Counted from the stretch's first letter, positions 20,470 to 28,927 are shown. The stretch: DNA of 32,000 bases from Okeania sp. (GCF_035285525.1 NZ_JAYKGW010000155.1:1-32000), one strand, 5' to 3'. The notes: generated from the letters alone by a model not told the origin. Translations and numbers: made by a program.

Positions 20470-20562
20470 AGTATAAATCCTTTCTAAGAAACCTATAATA
20501 ATCTCTAAAGTATACAATTCTCTATTTTATTCGAGTTTCAATGAGAATTGTTTAAATATTTT

Positions 20563-20678
20563 AGGACTTACGCAGAAACCGGGTTGATCAGACAATTTTT
20601 CGGGAACCGTATTTCCTGGTTTGAACCACAATATCACAGGCCAAAACCCGGTTTCTTGGTGGCGCGTGCGTAACTCCT
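20563..20678. mobile_element. AGGACTTACGCA-family element, same subfamily and orientation as 12945-13045
   Basis: AGGACTTACGCAGAAACCGGGTTGAT...AAACCCGGTTTCTTGGTGGCGCGTGCGTAACTCCT. Confidence 0.8.
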
Positions 20679-20731
20679 GTATTTAATTTACACAAATAGA
20701 AAACTAACTGCTATCCTTAGCCAAATTTAGT

Positions 20732-20982
20732 AATTAGGGTTTGCCTAAAAAGTCTTTTAGTAGGGAGGAGGCTCCAGAATCGGTGAATCCAGAATCCAGA
20801 AGGAATGGTCATTACAGAAGAGGTAGGAGGAAGAATTATCTCTTGATTTTCTGTCACAATTAGCCAAAAATACTAGACTTTTTAGCTTTCAACACCTAAA
20901 AGCTGGTACTTTTTCCTGACTGAAAAAGGCTGAAACCTTTATTTAATGGTGCTTTTATGCTTTTTTCAGCCAGCCCTAATTA
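20732..20982 (+). mobile_element. ~250-bp MITE, copy B, right of the PAD-like gene
   Basis: See copy A (17618-17860). It contains an extra GAATCCAGAATCCA micro-duplication. Confidence 0.85.
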
Positions 20983-20985
20983 TAA

Positions 20986-21080
20986 TAAATCCGGTTCGTG
21001 GAGAGAAATTTACTCTGAAGGTAAGGCAGTCAAGATGAGAGAGCAAGAGCAAAAAGTGACCTCTTTAATAACCGGATTTA
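20986..21080. mobile_element. Small MITE with perfect 11-bp TIRs (TAAATCCGGTT / AACCGGATTTA)
   Basis: TIRs read directly. It abuts MITE copy B. Confidence 0.65.
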
Positions 21081-21250
21081 GTATGATATAAAGTTCTGCA
21101 AGAATTGATTTGATTTTTTATTTTTGGAGATGTCTATTCTTATCTTTCTTTTAGCTTTTTTTTAGTAATTATATTGTCTTGGGATAATAAAATAAGTGAT
21201 AAAAAAATTTATCATTTCTCACCTTTTCTTTCCTTCTACCTTCTGCCTAT

Positions 21251-21459
21251 TGACCAATAAAAATTTTAACTTTTTTAGGCTTTGATTTCTCGGAAACCGT
21301 AAAAGTAGGAGTTTTTAGGTCCCTCAGGTTAAAAAAGTAAGCTTTTAATCCTGACTAGGGCAGAAAAATCAAGGGATAATTGTTCTAATTTATCGGGAAC
21401 CGTCTATATCCTCTTAACTCTTAACTACTCCCTACTCCCTACTCCCTAACTTAACAAAA
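21251..21459 (+). repeat. Truncated copy of the interior of the neighbouring MITE (direct repeat, offset about 278 bp)
   Basis: TGACCAATAAAA.TTTTAACTTTTTTAGGCTTTGATTT.TCGG.AACCGTAAAAGTA ... GGCAGAAAAATCAAGGGATAATTGTTCT.ATTTATCGGGAACCGT.TATATCCTCTTAAC...TACTCCCTACTCCCTACTCCCTAACTTAACAAAA is repeated at 21529-21735. Confidence 0.8.
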
Positions 21460-21493
21460 TGAGATTACTGTATATTTCCGGTTGATAGATCGT

Positions 21494-21760
21494 AATTAGG
21501 GTTGGCTGAATAAATCTAAAATTATTACTGACCAATAAAAGTTTTAACTTTTTTTAGGCTTTGATTTATCGGGAACCGTAAAAGTACGAGATTTTTTTGC
21601 TCATACATAGAGGAACAAAAATTAGTATTTAGGTAAGACCAAGGCAGAAAAATCAAGGGATAATTGTTCTGATTTATCGGGAACCGTGTATATCCTCTTA
21701 ACTACTCCCTACTCCCTACTCCCTAACTTAACAAAAAGACTTTTTCAGCAAACCCTAATT
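21494..21760. mobile_element. MITE of the TTAGGGTTGGCTGA...TCAGCAAACCCTAATT family
   Basis: Both TIR ends are present: AATTAGGGTTGGCTGAATAAATCTAAAA ... AAAGACTTTTTCAGCAAACCCTAATT. Confidence 0.75.
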
Positions 21761-21868
21761 ATATATAAATTTTATAGGATAGTTAATAAATACCTTATTT
21801 GGCTTCATATTATCTGCCTAATTATGACTTTTCAACCGGAAATTTTTGTCATATTCTTTAACCCAATC

Positions 21869-22624
21869 CTAATTTGGTTTTACCCAATTAGCTGTTTCTA
21901 GATTATTCGCACTAGCTCCATTATTAGGTAACTCTAAACAGTAACCAGCACCGTATACTGTTTTAATAAATCGAGGATGACGAGGATCTGGTTCCATCTT
22001 CGTTCTCAAATGTCTAATATGGACTCGAATCGTCTCAATATCATCATCTGGATCATAACCCCAAACTTCCTTGAGAATTTCACTAGGAGATACTGTTTGG
22101 CCATGACGTTGCAATAAACAGTGGAGTAACTCAAATTCTAAATGAGTTAGTTTAACTGTTTGATCAAACCAAATAGCCTCAAACCTTTCTGGAACTAAAG
22201 TCAGAGGGCCATAACTGAGTATTTCGCTATGTTTAGCTGCTTGAGGAATTCGATCTGTCCGTCGCAGTAAGGCACGCACTCTTGCTAATAATTCTTCAAC
22301 TTCAAAAGGTTTTGTTAAATAATCATCTGCTCCAGAATTGAAGCCTTCTACTTTATCTTGGGTTTGACCCAAAGCAGTTAACATCAATATAGGAATATCT
22401 GCTGTCCGTTCATCACGACGCAGACGTTGACATACCGTAAACCCATCTACTTTTGGTAGCATTAAATCTAATACTATCATGTCTGGTAATAGTTGCAAAG
22501 CTAGGGCTTGCCCTTTTATACCATCCTCTGCTTGACTAACTTCATAGCCAGCCATTTCTAGGTTTACGGCAACGAGTTCTGCGATCGCAGGATCATCATC
22601 AATGACGAGTATTCTAGGCATCAT
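21869..22624 (-). CDS. rpaA: OmpR-family response regulator RpaA (circadian/redox output regulator)
   Basis: Receiver domain plus winged-helix domain. Long stretches match RpaA as I remember it ([113 protein letters not shown]). Confidence 0.85.
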   Translation of the reverse strand: MMPRILVIDDDPAIAELVAVNLEMAGYEVSQAEDGIKGQALALQLLPDMIVLDLMLPKVDGFTVCQRLRRDERTADIPILMLTALGQTQDKVEGFNSGADDYLTKPFEVEELLARVRALLRRTDRIPQAAKHSEILSYGPLTLVPERFEAIWFDQTVKLTHLEFELLHCLLQRHGQTVSPSEILKEVWGYDPDDDIETIRVHIRHLRTKMEPDPRHPRFIKTVYGAGYCLELPNNGASANNLETANWVKPN

Positions 22625-23030
22625 TTGTTACATCTAACCTACGATTTTTTTCTTATTGTAATGTTTAATTAAGATTTTTAAGTTTTTTCTATATTTTTTT
22701 CATTAAATCTTAATTCTTTTTGATCAACATCATTTTTCTTTAAAAGTTTTATAATTGCGCCATTGTTCCTTAACACAAATTTATTTTATTGTCAAGGCAC
22801 TAAATGATACTGAATTGATACTGTGTAAGAATCTTGCATACAACACTTTTAACTACTCCCTAGAACCAAAGAACTTTGTACCTCAGACTTTTCAGGAATT
22901 GCCGTAGAAAATATTGTACTATTAGACATCTGCAAAAATTACAAATATAATCAATTATTATCCAGAAATCATCAATTACTTCCCCTTGTTCCCAGTTAAG
23001 TGTTAAGTTTTCCCTCTTTTCTGGAGATGT

Positions 23031-23759
23031 CTATTTGGAAATTATTGGTAAAAATCGAGCTTGCTCCTTTAAATATTTCCATGAAATTAATTCTGGGTCT
23101 TTTTGACTACTCCATTCACTAAAATCAGGTTTTGTTTTCCGCTTACTAATAGTGCTACTATGAACCTTTAGCCGTGCTGCCAACTCTTTCTGAGTCAAAG
23201 AAACTACTTTATCTATATCCTCAGAATAATTATTTTCTGGGGTAAATTTAAAACCGCCATTTATCTGAGAATCCTGGGATGGAGTCCAAGAAGTTGATAC
23301 TTCTTCTAAAACCGACTCTCCATTGTACCCTAAAATTTCATCTACAGGTACTTCAATTATATCTTTTTGAGCAGCCACTAGAGATACAGCAGTCGGAAAA
23401 TAGTACAATAAACCACCTTGCTCTGTAATTTCTAACTCAGCACCAAACTCTTTGGCTCTTTCATCAAGAAACTTTTGGACAACTTTCCCTGACAGTTTAG
23501 AGTTGATGGCTAAATCTAAAGCTGTAATATGTCCCTTATTCTCCCGGATTAACTTATAGAATAGAGTATTTAAACTGTTTTGTTGGTGTTTTTTTTGTTC
23601 TTGATAACGTCGAAAAGTCCACAACACTCCAAAACCAATAATGATAATTGCCAACAAGCGCCAGGGTAAACTGAGCATTAGTAACCCTAACCCAATACAA
23701 ATCATAATGGGAGAGTTATAGATAGGATTTTTGTCAAGGTTTTTGGGTATTTTGGACAT
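23031..23759 (-). CDS. Membrane-anchored protein with putative DNA-binding (HTH) segments
   Basis: ATG start. Two N-terminal TM helices (IMICIGLGLLMLSLPWRLLAIIIIGFGVLWTF), a wHTH-like segment (GHITALDLAINSKLSGKVVQKFLDERAKEF) and a C-terminal HTH-like segment (LTQKELAARLKVHSSTISKRK). Confidence 0.6.
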   Translation of the reverse strand: MSKIPKNLDKNPIYNSPIMICIGLGLLMLSLPWRLLAIIIIGFGVLWTFRRYQEQKKHQQNSLNTLFYKLIRENKGHITALDLAINSKLSGKVVQKFLDERAKEFGAELEITEQGGLLYYFPTAVSLVAAQKDIIEVPVDEILGYNGESVLEEVSTSWTPSQDSQINGGFKFTPENNYSEDIDKVVSLTQKELAARLKVHSSTISKRKTKPDFSEWSSQKDPELISWKYLKEQARFLPIISK

Positions 23760-23832
23760 AATTAGTGTTTTTGAGCCAGATTTTCTGCTTCTAAGGCGTA
23801 CCTCCTAAATTTATTTAATACAATTTTAAAAT

Positions 23833-24297
23833 ATGTTTCGTAAACTAACAATTATTAGTGGCGTTATTATAGTTTGTTTATCAATCGCTGGTTGTGGCGG
23901 TAGTAAGGTTTTTCAGTGTAGTCAATTAGTTTCTATTGTTAACAAAGGTAATACTCTTGTCAATGCTCAAACTTCTTATGATGCGACGACAACTAATGAA
24001 CTTGGAGAAGAGTTAGAAGAAATTGCTCAGGAGTTAGAAAATTTAAAACTGAAGGATGAAAATTTGCAACAGTTTCAGCAGGAATTTTTTGAAAGTTTTA
24101 GAGAACTTTCTCAAGAGTTTGTTAATATGAGTTTAGGTCTTAAAACTAGCAGAAAAATAGAAGCTTCATTAGAAGGTAGCAAAAAATTTAATCAGGCTAA
24201 AGATCAAGTTACTCAAGCTGGGGAACAGGCAAATAAATTGGCGAATAATCAAGATATTTTACTAGAAGAGCTTATTAGTTACTGTCAAAATAATTAG
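23833..24297 (+). CDS. Putative lipoprotein, coiled-coil rich
   Basis: Signal peptide with a lipobox (VCLSIAGC-GG). The remainder is E/Q/L-rich and helical. Confidence 0.6.
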   Translation: MFRKLTIISGVIIVCLSIAGCGGSKVFQCSQLVSIVNKGNTLVNAQTSYDATTTNELGEELEEIAQELENLKLKDENLQQFQQEFFESFRELSQEFVNMSLGLKTSRKIEASLEGSKKFNQAKDQVTQAGEQANKLANNQDILLEELISYCQNN

Positions 24298-24524
24298 GGT
24301 TTAATCAATAATGAATCATTGCTCATTAGGGTTTCCTGATTCAATCTCAAAGCATTTACACTTTAGACCAACACAGCTCAAATAGTGCATTAGGTAATCA
24401 AGGTTCCTAGGGACGGGATGGATAATTAACAATTAATAATTACTTCTTGTTAAAACCGAGATATATTAAGCAAGTACATAAACCTTATTTCATTATCAAT
24501 TGTCAATTATCCATTATTAATTAT

Positions 24525-25010
24525 TCATTGTATTTCTAGCTCTAGCACATAATGTCCCATGGGTAACTGTTGAGACCAGAGTTCATATTCTAGGCGCAGA
24601 TAATTGGGAATTGGCGTTCCCTTAACTACTAAATTACGGGTAAAATTACGCAGTCGTAATTGATAATGTAAATTTAATGAATCATCTTGAAGCCAATAAC
24701 GACAGATACCATAAACCCCTCTTTCCCAAAGATGGCGGTAACAATATTTCCCACTTCCTTGCATTGTCAGAATGATTCTAGAAGGAGAAACTTCTAGCCA
24801 TAAAAGTCTGGGTTTGGGAATATTTGGTAATATAGATAATTCATTACTAGATGATACTGCTCTCTCAATAATTGCAGGTTCATGCAATAATATGTGGAAC
24901 TGGTCTCGATCTTTATGATAGAGAGTAGCTGCAGTTTCAACTAGAGACCAAATAGGTAAGTCTGTTGATATTAATGACAAACTTACAGGTTTGCGTTGAT
25001 AAGTTAGCAT
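24525..25010 (-). CDS. Hypothetical protein (161 aa)
   Basis: ATG start with non-repetitive, protein-like composition. No motif recognised. Confidence 0.55.
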   Translation of the reverse strand: MLTYQRKPVSLSLISTDLPIWSLVETAATLYHKDRDQFHILLHEPAIIERAVSSSNELSILPNIPKPRLLWLEVSPSRIILTMQGSGKYCYRHLWERGVYGICRYWLQDDSLNLHYQLRLRNFTRNLVVKGTPIPNYLRLEYELWSQQLPMGHYVLELEIQ

Positions 25011-25670
25011 ATATTTTTTCTAATTGTGATTGTTGATTTAATAGCTATTTTGAAGAAGGAAGAAGGAAGAAGAAAAGTAGATACACTGCCTTTCATTTTT
25101 ATGAGGTACAACTGTAGCGGGCGTATCGATCAGACCCCACTACAATAATTTTATCATTCACGCGCTGGGCAGCATTCCGCAGGAAAGGAAACGATATTGG
25201 ATTTAATAGTTATTATTTTCTTGACTGAAAAATAAGGTATCAAGTTTCTTCTTTTCAGATGATAAAGAAAGAAAATGAATGGGTTTATCTAACATTTTGA
25301 AGAAAGCCAAAAAAACAGGAAATAGAAAAAAGTATTTTGGCAAATATGAGTAAGATGCACCCAATTATTAATTATTCAATTCTTCTCCACATATTATTAT
25401 TATTATTATTCAAAAGCTTAAGAGAATGTATAAAACTTCCTGATAAATTTTCATAAATTATTTTTATCCTATCACATCAGAAATATTTGCGGAGAAGAAA
25501 TAGTTATTTACCAAACAATCTTAAAATTATCTATAGTTTATCCTGTATAGTAGTTAAATTGAATTATTATTCTAAGTTTAATTGCATTTTTTTTGCTTTT
25601 GTTCCAAATTTTTAACTTAGGATAGTAATCCTAGTAATATTATTCCTGTGTAAAATTTATAGTTACTTTT

Positions 25671-27017
25671 ATGATAGCTGCCGTAGTTAGTACAGAAATT
25701 ACAAATAGTCAGGAAACTTTAATAATTCAGAGACCAAAATCAGGTCTATCTCTTCAAGGTAATATCTCAATTCCTGGAGATAAATCAATTTCTCACCGCG
25801 CTCTAATGTTAGGAGCGATCGCTGAAGGACAAACTAATATTCAAGGTTTACTTCTCGGAGAAGATCCCCGTAGCACTGCTAAATGTTTTTCTCTTCTGGG
25901 AGCTAATATTTCTCAGCTCAATACAAAATTAGTAGAAGTTCATGGTGTAGGTATAGGCAATCTTAGGGAACCATCTAGTATTTTAGACTGTGGTAATTCT
26001 GGTACGACAATGCGACTAATGTTGGGCATTTTGGCATCCCATCCAGAACATTACTTTACAGTTACAGGGGATAATTCTTTAGTTAATCGTCCAATGTCCC
26101 GGGTTATTAAACCACTTACAGAAATGGGCGGTCAAATTTGGGGTAGAAAAGGGAATACTTTGGCACCTTTAGCAGTTCAGGGACAAAAGTTAGGACCAAT
26201 TCATTATCATTCTCCTATAGCTTCCGCTCAAGTAAAATCTTGTATTTTGTTTGCTGGTTTAATGGTAGAGGGGAAAACTACAGTAACTGAACCTGGTCTA
26301 TCACGAGACCACAGCGAAAGAATGTTAAAAGCTTTTGGAGCAGAAGTTCAAGTTGATCCAGAAACAAATAGTGTGACAGTGACAGGTCCAGCTCAACTTC
26401 AAGGCCAAAATGTGGTTGTACCTGGTGATATTAGCTCCGCAGCTTTTTGGTTAGTTGCAGCAGCTATTGTACCTGGGTCAGAATTAATAATTGAAAATGT
26501 GGGTGTTAATCCTACCCGTACAGGTATCTTGGAAGTCTTGGAAATGATGGAGGCTAATATTATACAAGAAAATCAACGAATTGTGGCGGGAGAACCTGTA
26601 GCAGATTTACGGGTAGGTTATAGTTCATTGAAAGCTTGTGAAATTTCTGGTTCTATAATTCCCAGATTAATTGATGAAATTCCAATTTTGGCCGTAGCTG
26701 CTATGTTTGCTGAGGGGACAACTGTGATTCGGGATGCTGCGGAATTAAGGGTCAAAGAAAGCGATCGCTTGGCAGTTATGGCCACCCAGCTCCAAAAGCT
26801 GGGGGCCAAAGTGACAGAATTACCTGATGGTTTGGAAATTACTGGTGGTGTTTCGATAACTGGTACAGATGTTGAAAGTGATGGGGATCATCGAGTAGCT
26901 ATGAGTTTAGCGATCGCTGCACTGAATGCTACTGGCACTACTAACATTCATCAAGCTGAAGCTGCTAGTATTTCTTACCCCAACTTTACGCAGACTCTGC
27001 GACAAATCTGTACTTAA
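25671..27017 (+). CDS. aroA: 3-phosphoshikimate 1-carboxyvinyltransferase (EPSP synthase)
   Basis: 448 aa with hallmark motifs [44 protein letters not shown] and [13 protein letters not shown]. Confidence 0.97.
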   Translation: MIAAVVSTEITNSQETLIIQRPKSGLSLQGNISIPGDKSISHRALMLGAIAEGQTNIQGLLLGEDPRSTAKCFSLLGANISQLNTKLVEVHGVGIGNLREPSSILDCGNSGTTMRLMLGILASHPEHYFTVTGDNSLVNRPMSRVIKPLTEMGGQIWGRKGNTLAPLAVQGQKLGPIHYHSPIASAQVKSCILFAGLMVEGKTTVTEPGLSRDHSERMLKAFGAEVQVDPETNSVTVTGPAQLQGQNVVVPGDISSAAFWLVAAAIVPGSELIIENVGVNPTRTGILEVLEMMEANIIQENQRIVAGEPVADLRVGYSSLKACEISGSIIPRLIDEIPILAVAAMFAEGTTVIRDAAELRVKESDRLAVMATQLQKLGAKVTELPDGLEITGGVSITGTDVESDGDHRVAMSLAIAALNATGTTNIHQAEAASISYPNFTQTLRQICT

Positions 27018-27036
27018 AACAACTTATGTTAAATAT

Positions 27037-27053
27037 TGCCTAAATTTTAGGCA
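27037..27053. terminator. Short palindrome between the convergent aroA and curT-like genes (possible bidirectional terminator)
   Basis: TGCCTAAATTTTAGGCA. There is no clear U-tract, so this is weak. Confidence 0.25.
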
Positions 27054-27109
27054 TCGTGAGTTATCAGAAATTAATTAATGCTTATTTATTAAAATCTGCT
27101 CAAGTATGG

Positions 27110-27532
27110 TTAACTATCAGATGACTTATCACCTATTAGTTGATCTTTCCAAGCTTGAATTTCTTTTGATAACTCCTGGCGATTAGAAGCAAGAAGTAGA
27201 TACCGATAAACAAACCAACCAGAATAGATAATACCAATTAACTCAAAGGTTGGAGCTAGTAGTGGAATATCATTTAATGATTCAACTACTGCGAACATTA
27301 CCTTGAAAATAATAATTGCTCCTAGAATTATACCCAGAGTAATGATTGGCTTTTGATATTTTCCAAAAAAGCCAGCAATAATTATTGGTAGTTCTGATAA
27401 GATTTCCAAGAATTGGTTTTTGATATCTTGAAATTGATCAGATTTTTCTTCAGAACTCTCTACTGTAACTAGAGAACTTGTCTCTGTAGAACTTACTCCT
27501 AATTTCTGTGTAGTATCTTCTTTCTCTTGCAT
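27110..27532 (-). CDS. CAAD-domain / CurT (CURT1-like) thylakoid membrane protein
   Basis: Good SD (AAAGGAG). Acidic N-terminus, two TM helices (PIITLGIILGAIIIFKVMFAVV; FELIGIIYSGWFVYRYLL) and a C-terminal amphipathic helix, which is the CAAD/CURT1 pattern. Confidence 0.65.
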   Translation of the reverse strand: MQEKEDTTQKLGVSSTETSSLVTVESSEEKSDQFQDIKNQFLEILSELPIIIAGFFGKYQKPIITLGIILGAIIIFKVMFAVVESLNDIPLLAPTFELIGIIYSGWFVYRYLLLASNRQELSKEIQAWKDQLIGDKSSDS

Positions 27533-27897
27533 GAGAATCTCCTTTACTTAACTTAACAAATTAACTACGACAAACATCGAAGTTGTATAGGTTAGTAGTC
27601 CATTTTATAGGACATGGCCTACTTTACTGGGAAGTAATCTTGAGACTTACACCTAAAGCAGGAAAACCTAATATTGTTAAGAATAATCTATAGACTTGAT
27701 ATATGAATATTGATTTAATTATTGCTACAAATCTTAAAATATTAACTTCAAGTAGAAAAGAGGGAGTAGGAAGTAGACGGATATGAATTATAAGTTTTTC
27801 TTGATAAACCACATTTTTAAGGAGTAAGGGAGTAGGGGAGATAGATAAAGCTTCAAAGCTTTTTTGGGTCACAAAAAGTATCAAAAAATTACCAACA

Positions 27898-27994
27898 AGA
27901 CTTACGCAAAGGTACTATATATATAAAATATATAGTCAAAAAACTATTGTGCCATAGTTTTAAGCACTATATCTAGGGTTGCTGGGTAAGTCCT
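27898..27994. mobile_element. AGGACTTACGCA-family element (sibling of 15735-15823)
   Basis: AGACTTACGCAAAGGTACTATATATAT...AAAAAACTATTGTGCCATAGTTTTAAGCACTATATCTAGGGTTGCTGGGTAAGTCCT. Confidence 0.8.
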
Positions 27995-28048
27995 GACCAA
28001 GTTAATCTTTAAAACTCTGGATTTTTCCTCACAAAACTTAGAAAAATC

Positions 28049-28205
28049 AGGACTTACGCAAAGGCACTACATAAGGGGTATTAGTGCGTTGTGCGTTGCG
28101 CGCTTTTCATGTCGCGTAGCGTTTCGGCGCTTGAGCCGACATATAAAGCGGAGCTTTGCGGAACGCAAAACGCACCCTACCAATAGCGTTCATGGCTCTA
28201 GTCCT
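28049..28205. mobile_element. AGGACTTACGCA-family element (long variant; sibling of 13118-13311)
   Basis: AGGACTTACGCAAAGGCACTAC...GTGCGTTGTGCGTTGCGCGC...AACGCACCCTACCAATAGCGTTCATGGCTCTAGTCCT. Confidence 0.75.
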
Positions 28206-28236
28206 GAAAATGTAGAAAAATTAACGCCTGTAACTA

Positions 28237-28763
28237 TTACCCTCTGATAATAAAATCATCAGCTGCAGGCAGTGCTTTATTGCTCAAAGTTGCAAACTGA
28301 CCACCATCACCAAAACCACTGGCACTACCATTATAATTGTAGAATAAAGCACCATTATTAACGTTGTCAACAATTACAGCATCAGAAGTTGCAGCACCTG
28401 CTGTAACAGTAGCAAAATCTACAATATCTGTAAATGTAGTTAGAACCAAGATAATTTTATCTTGACGAACAAAAAAATCAGTAATTACATCTACTATCAT
28501 TAGAATCAAATGGTTGGTTGGTAGCAAAGATGAAACGGTCAATACTCGCTCCACCAGTTAGGTGTCATCTCCCGAACCAGCATTTAGGCGATCATTGCCT
28601 TCCCCACCAAAGATATGGTAAAACCCAAGACGACCATCTAAAAAATCATTGCCATTTTTTCCATAGAGAGAGTCATTATCCTGACTACCAATAATCGTAT
28701 CATCACCACCTTGACCAACGAGAGCATTATCTCCCGCTCAACCAATAATGAGATCGTCTGCAC
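28237..28763 (-). pseudogene. Remnant of an RTX-type (GG-x-G-x-D nonapeptide repeat) calcium-binding protein with a bluetail-like C-terminus
   Basis: The minus-strand translation gives GADDLIIG*AGDNALVGQGGDDTIIGSQDNDSLYGKNGNDFLDG...GGEGNDRLNAGSGDDT*. After a frame shift it gives GGASIDRFIFATNQPFDSND, and after another shift ...VITDF...GALFYNYNGSASGFGDGGQFATLSN. In-frame stops lie at 28738-28740 and 28558-28560. The 5' part is missing and is replaced by a MITE at 28764. Confidence 0.7.
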
Positions 28764-28922
28764 CATTTAAGGTGTGTCAATCTAGTAGGGTGCGTTACAT
28801 TTCATTAACGCAGCGCATATCCTGTATATTTAGGTGGGTTGGGTTTATAGACGATGGCTGTATTTCGGTGCGTTACGGAAGTGCGGCTAACGCACCCTAC
28901 TGGACTGACACACCTACAAATG
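28764..28922. mobile_element. MITE with ~35-bp TIRs (CATTTAAGGTGTGTCAATCTAGTAGGGTGCGTTA / TAACGCACCCTACTGGACTGACACACCTACAAATG)
   Basis: TIRs read directly. Solo ends of the same type occur at 12547-12574 and 29025-29052. Track ORF 28748..28930 lies within it and is rejected. Confidence 0.8.
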
Positions 28923-28927
28923 TGCAT

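Noticed and set aside
20470-20517. A 16-codon N-terminal extension of the PAD-like ORF (MYTLEIIIGFLERIYT) as given in the ORF track.
   Set aside because: It starts at a TTG. The ATG at 20469 has a GAAAGGA Shine-Dalgarno-like sequence at proper spacing and leaves a normal signal peptide at the N-terminus.
21686-21901. A 71-aa ORF overlapping the 3' end of rpaA.
   Set aside because: It starts inside the MITE at 21494-21760, overlaps rpaA in antisense, and has low-complexity hydrophobic composition.
27624-27884. An 86-aa ORF upstream of the curT-like gene.
   Set aside because: The composition is AT-rich and low-complexity (runs of I/L/F/K). It overlaps GGGAGTAGG-type repeats and has no RBS or motif.
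12945-28205. The many recurrences of AGGACTTACGCA / TGCGTAAGTCCT could look superficially like a CRISPR array or arrays.
   Set aside because: The repeats occur as inverted pairs that bound discrete 90-190-bp units. They are scattered over more than 20 kb at irregular spacing and in both orientations, and they are interrupted by genes. There is no direct-repeat/spacer periodicity and there are no cas genes.
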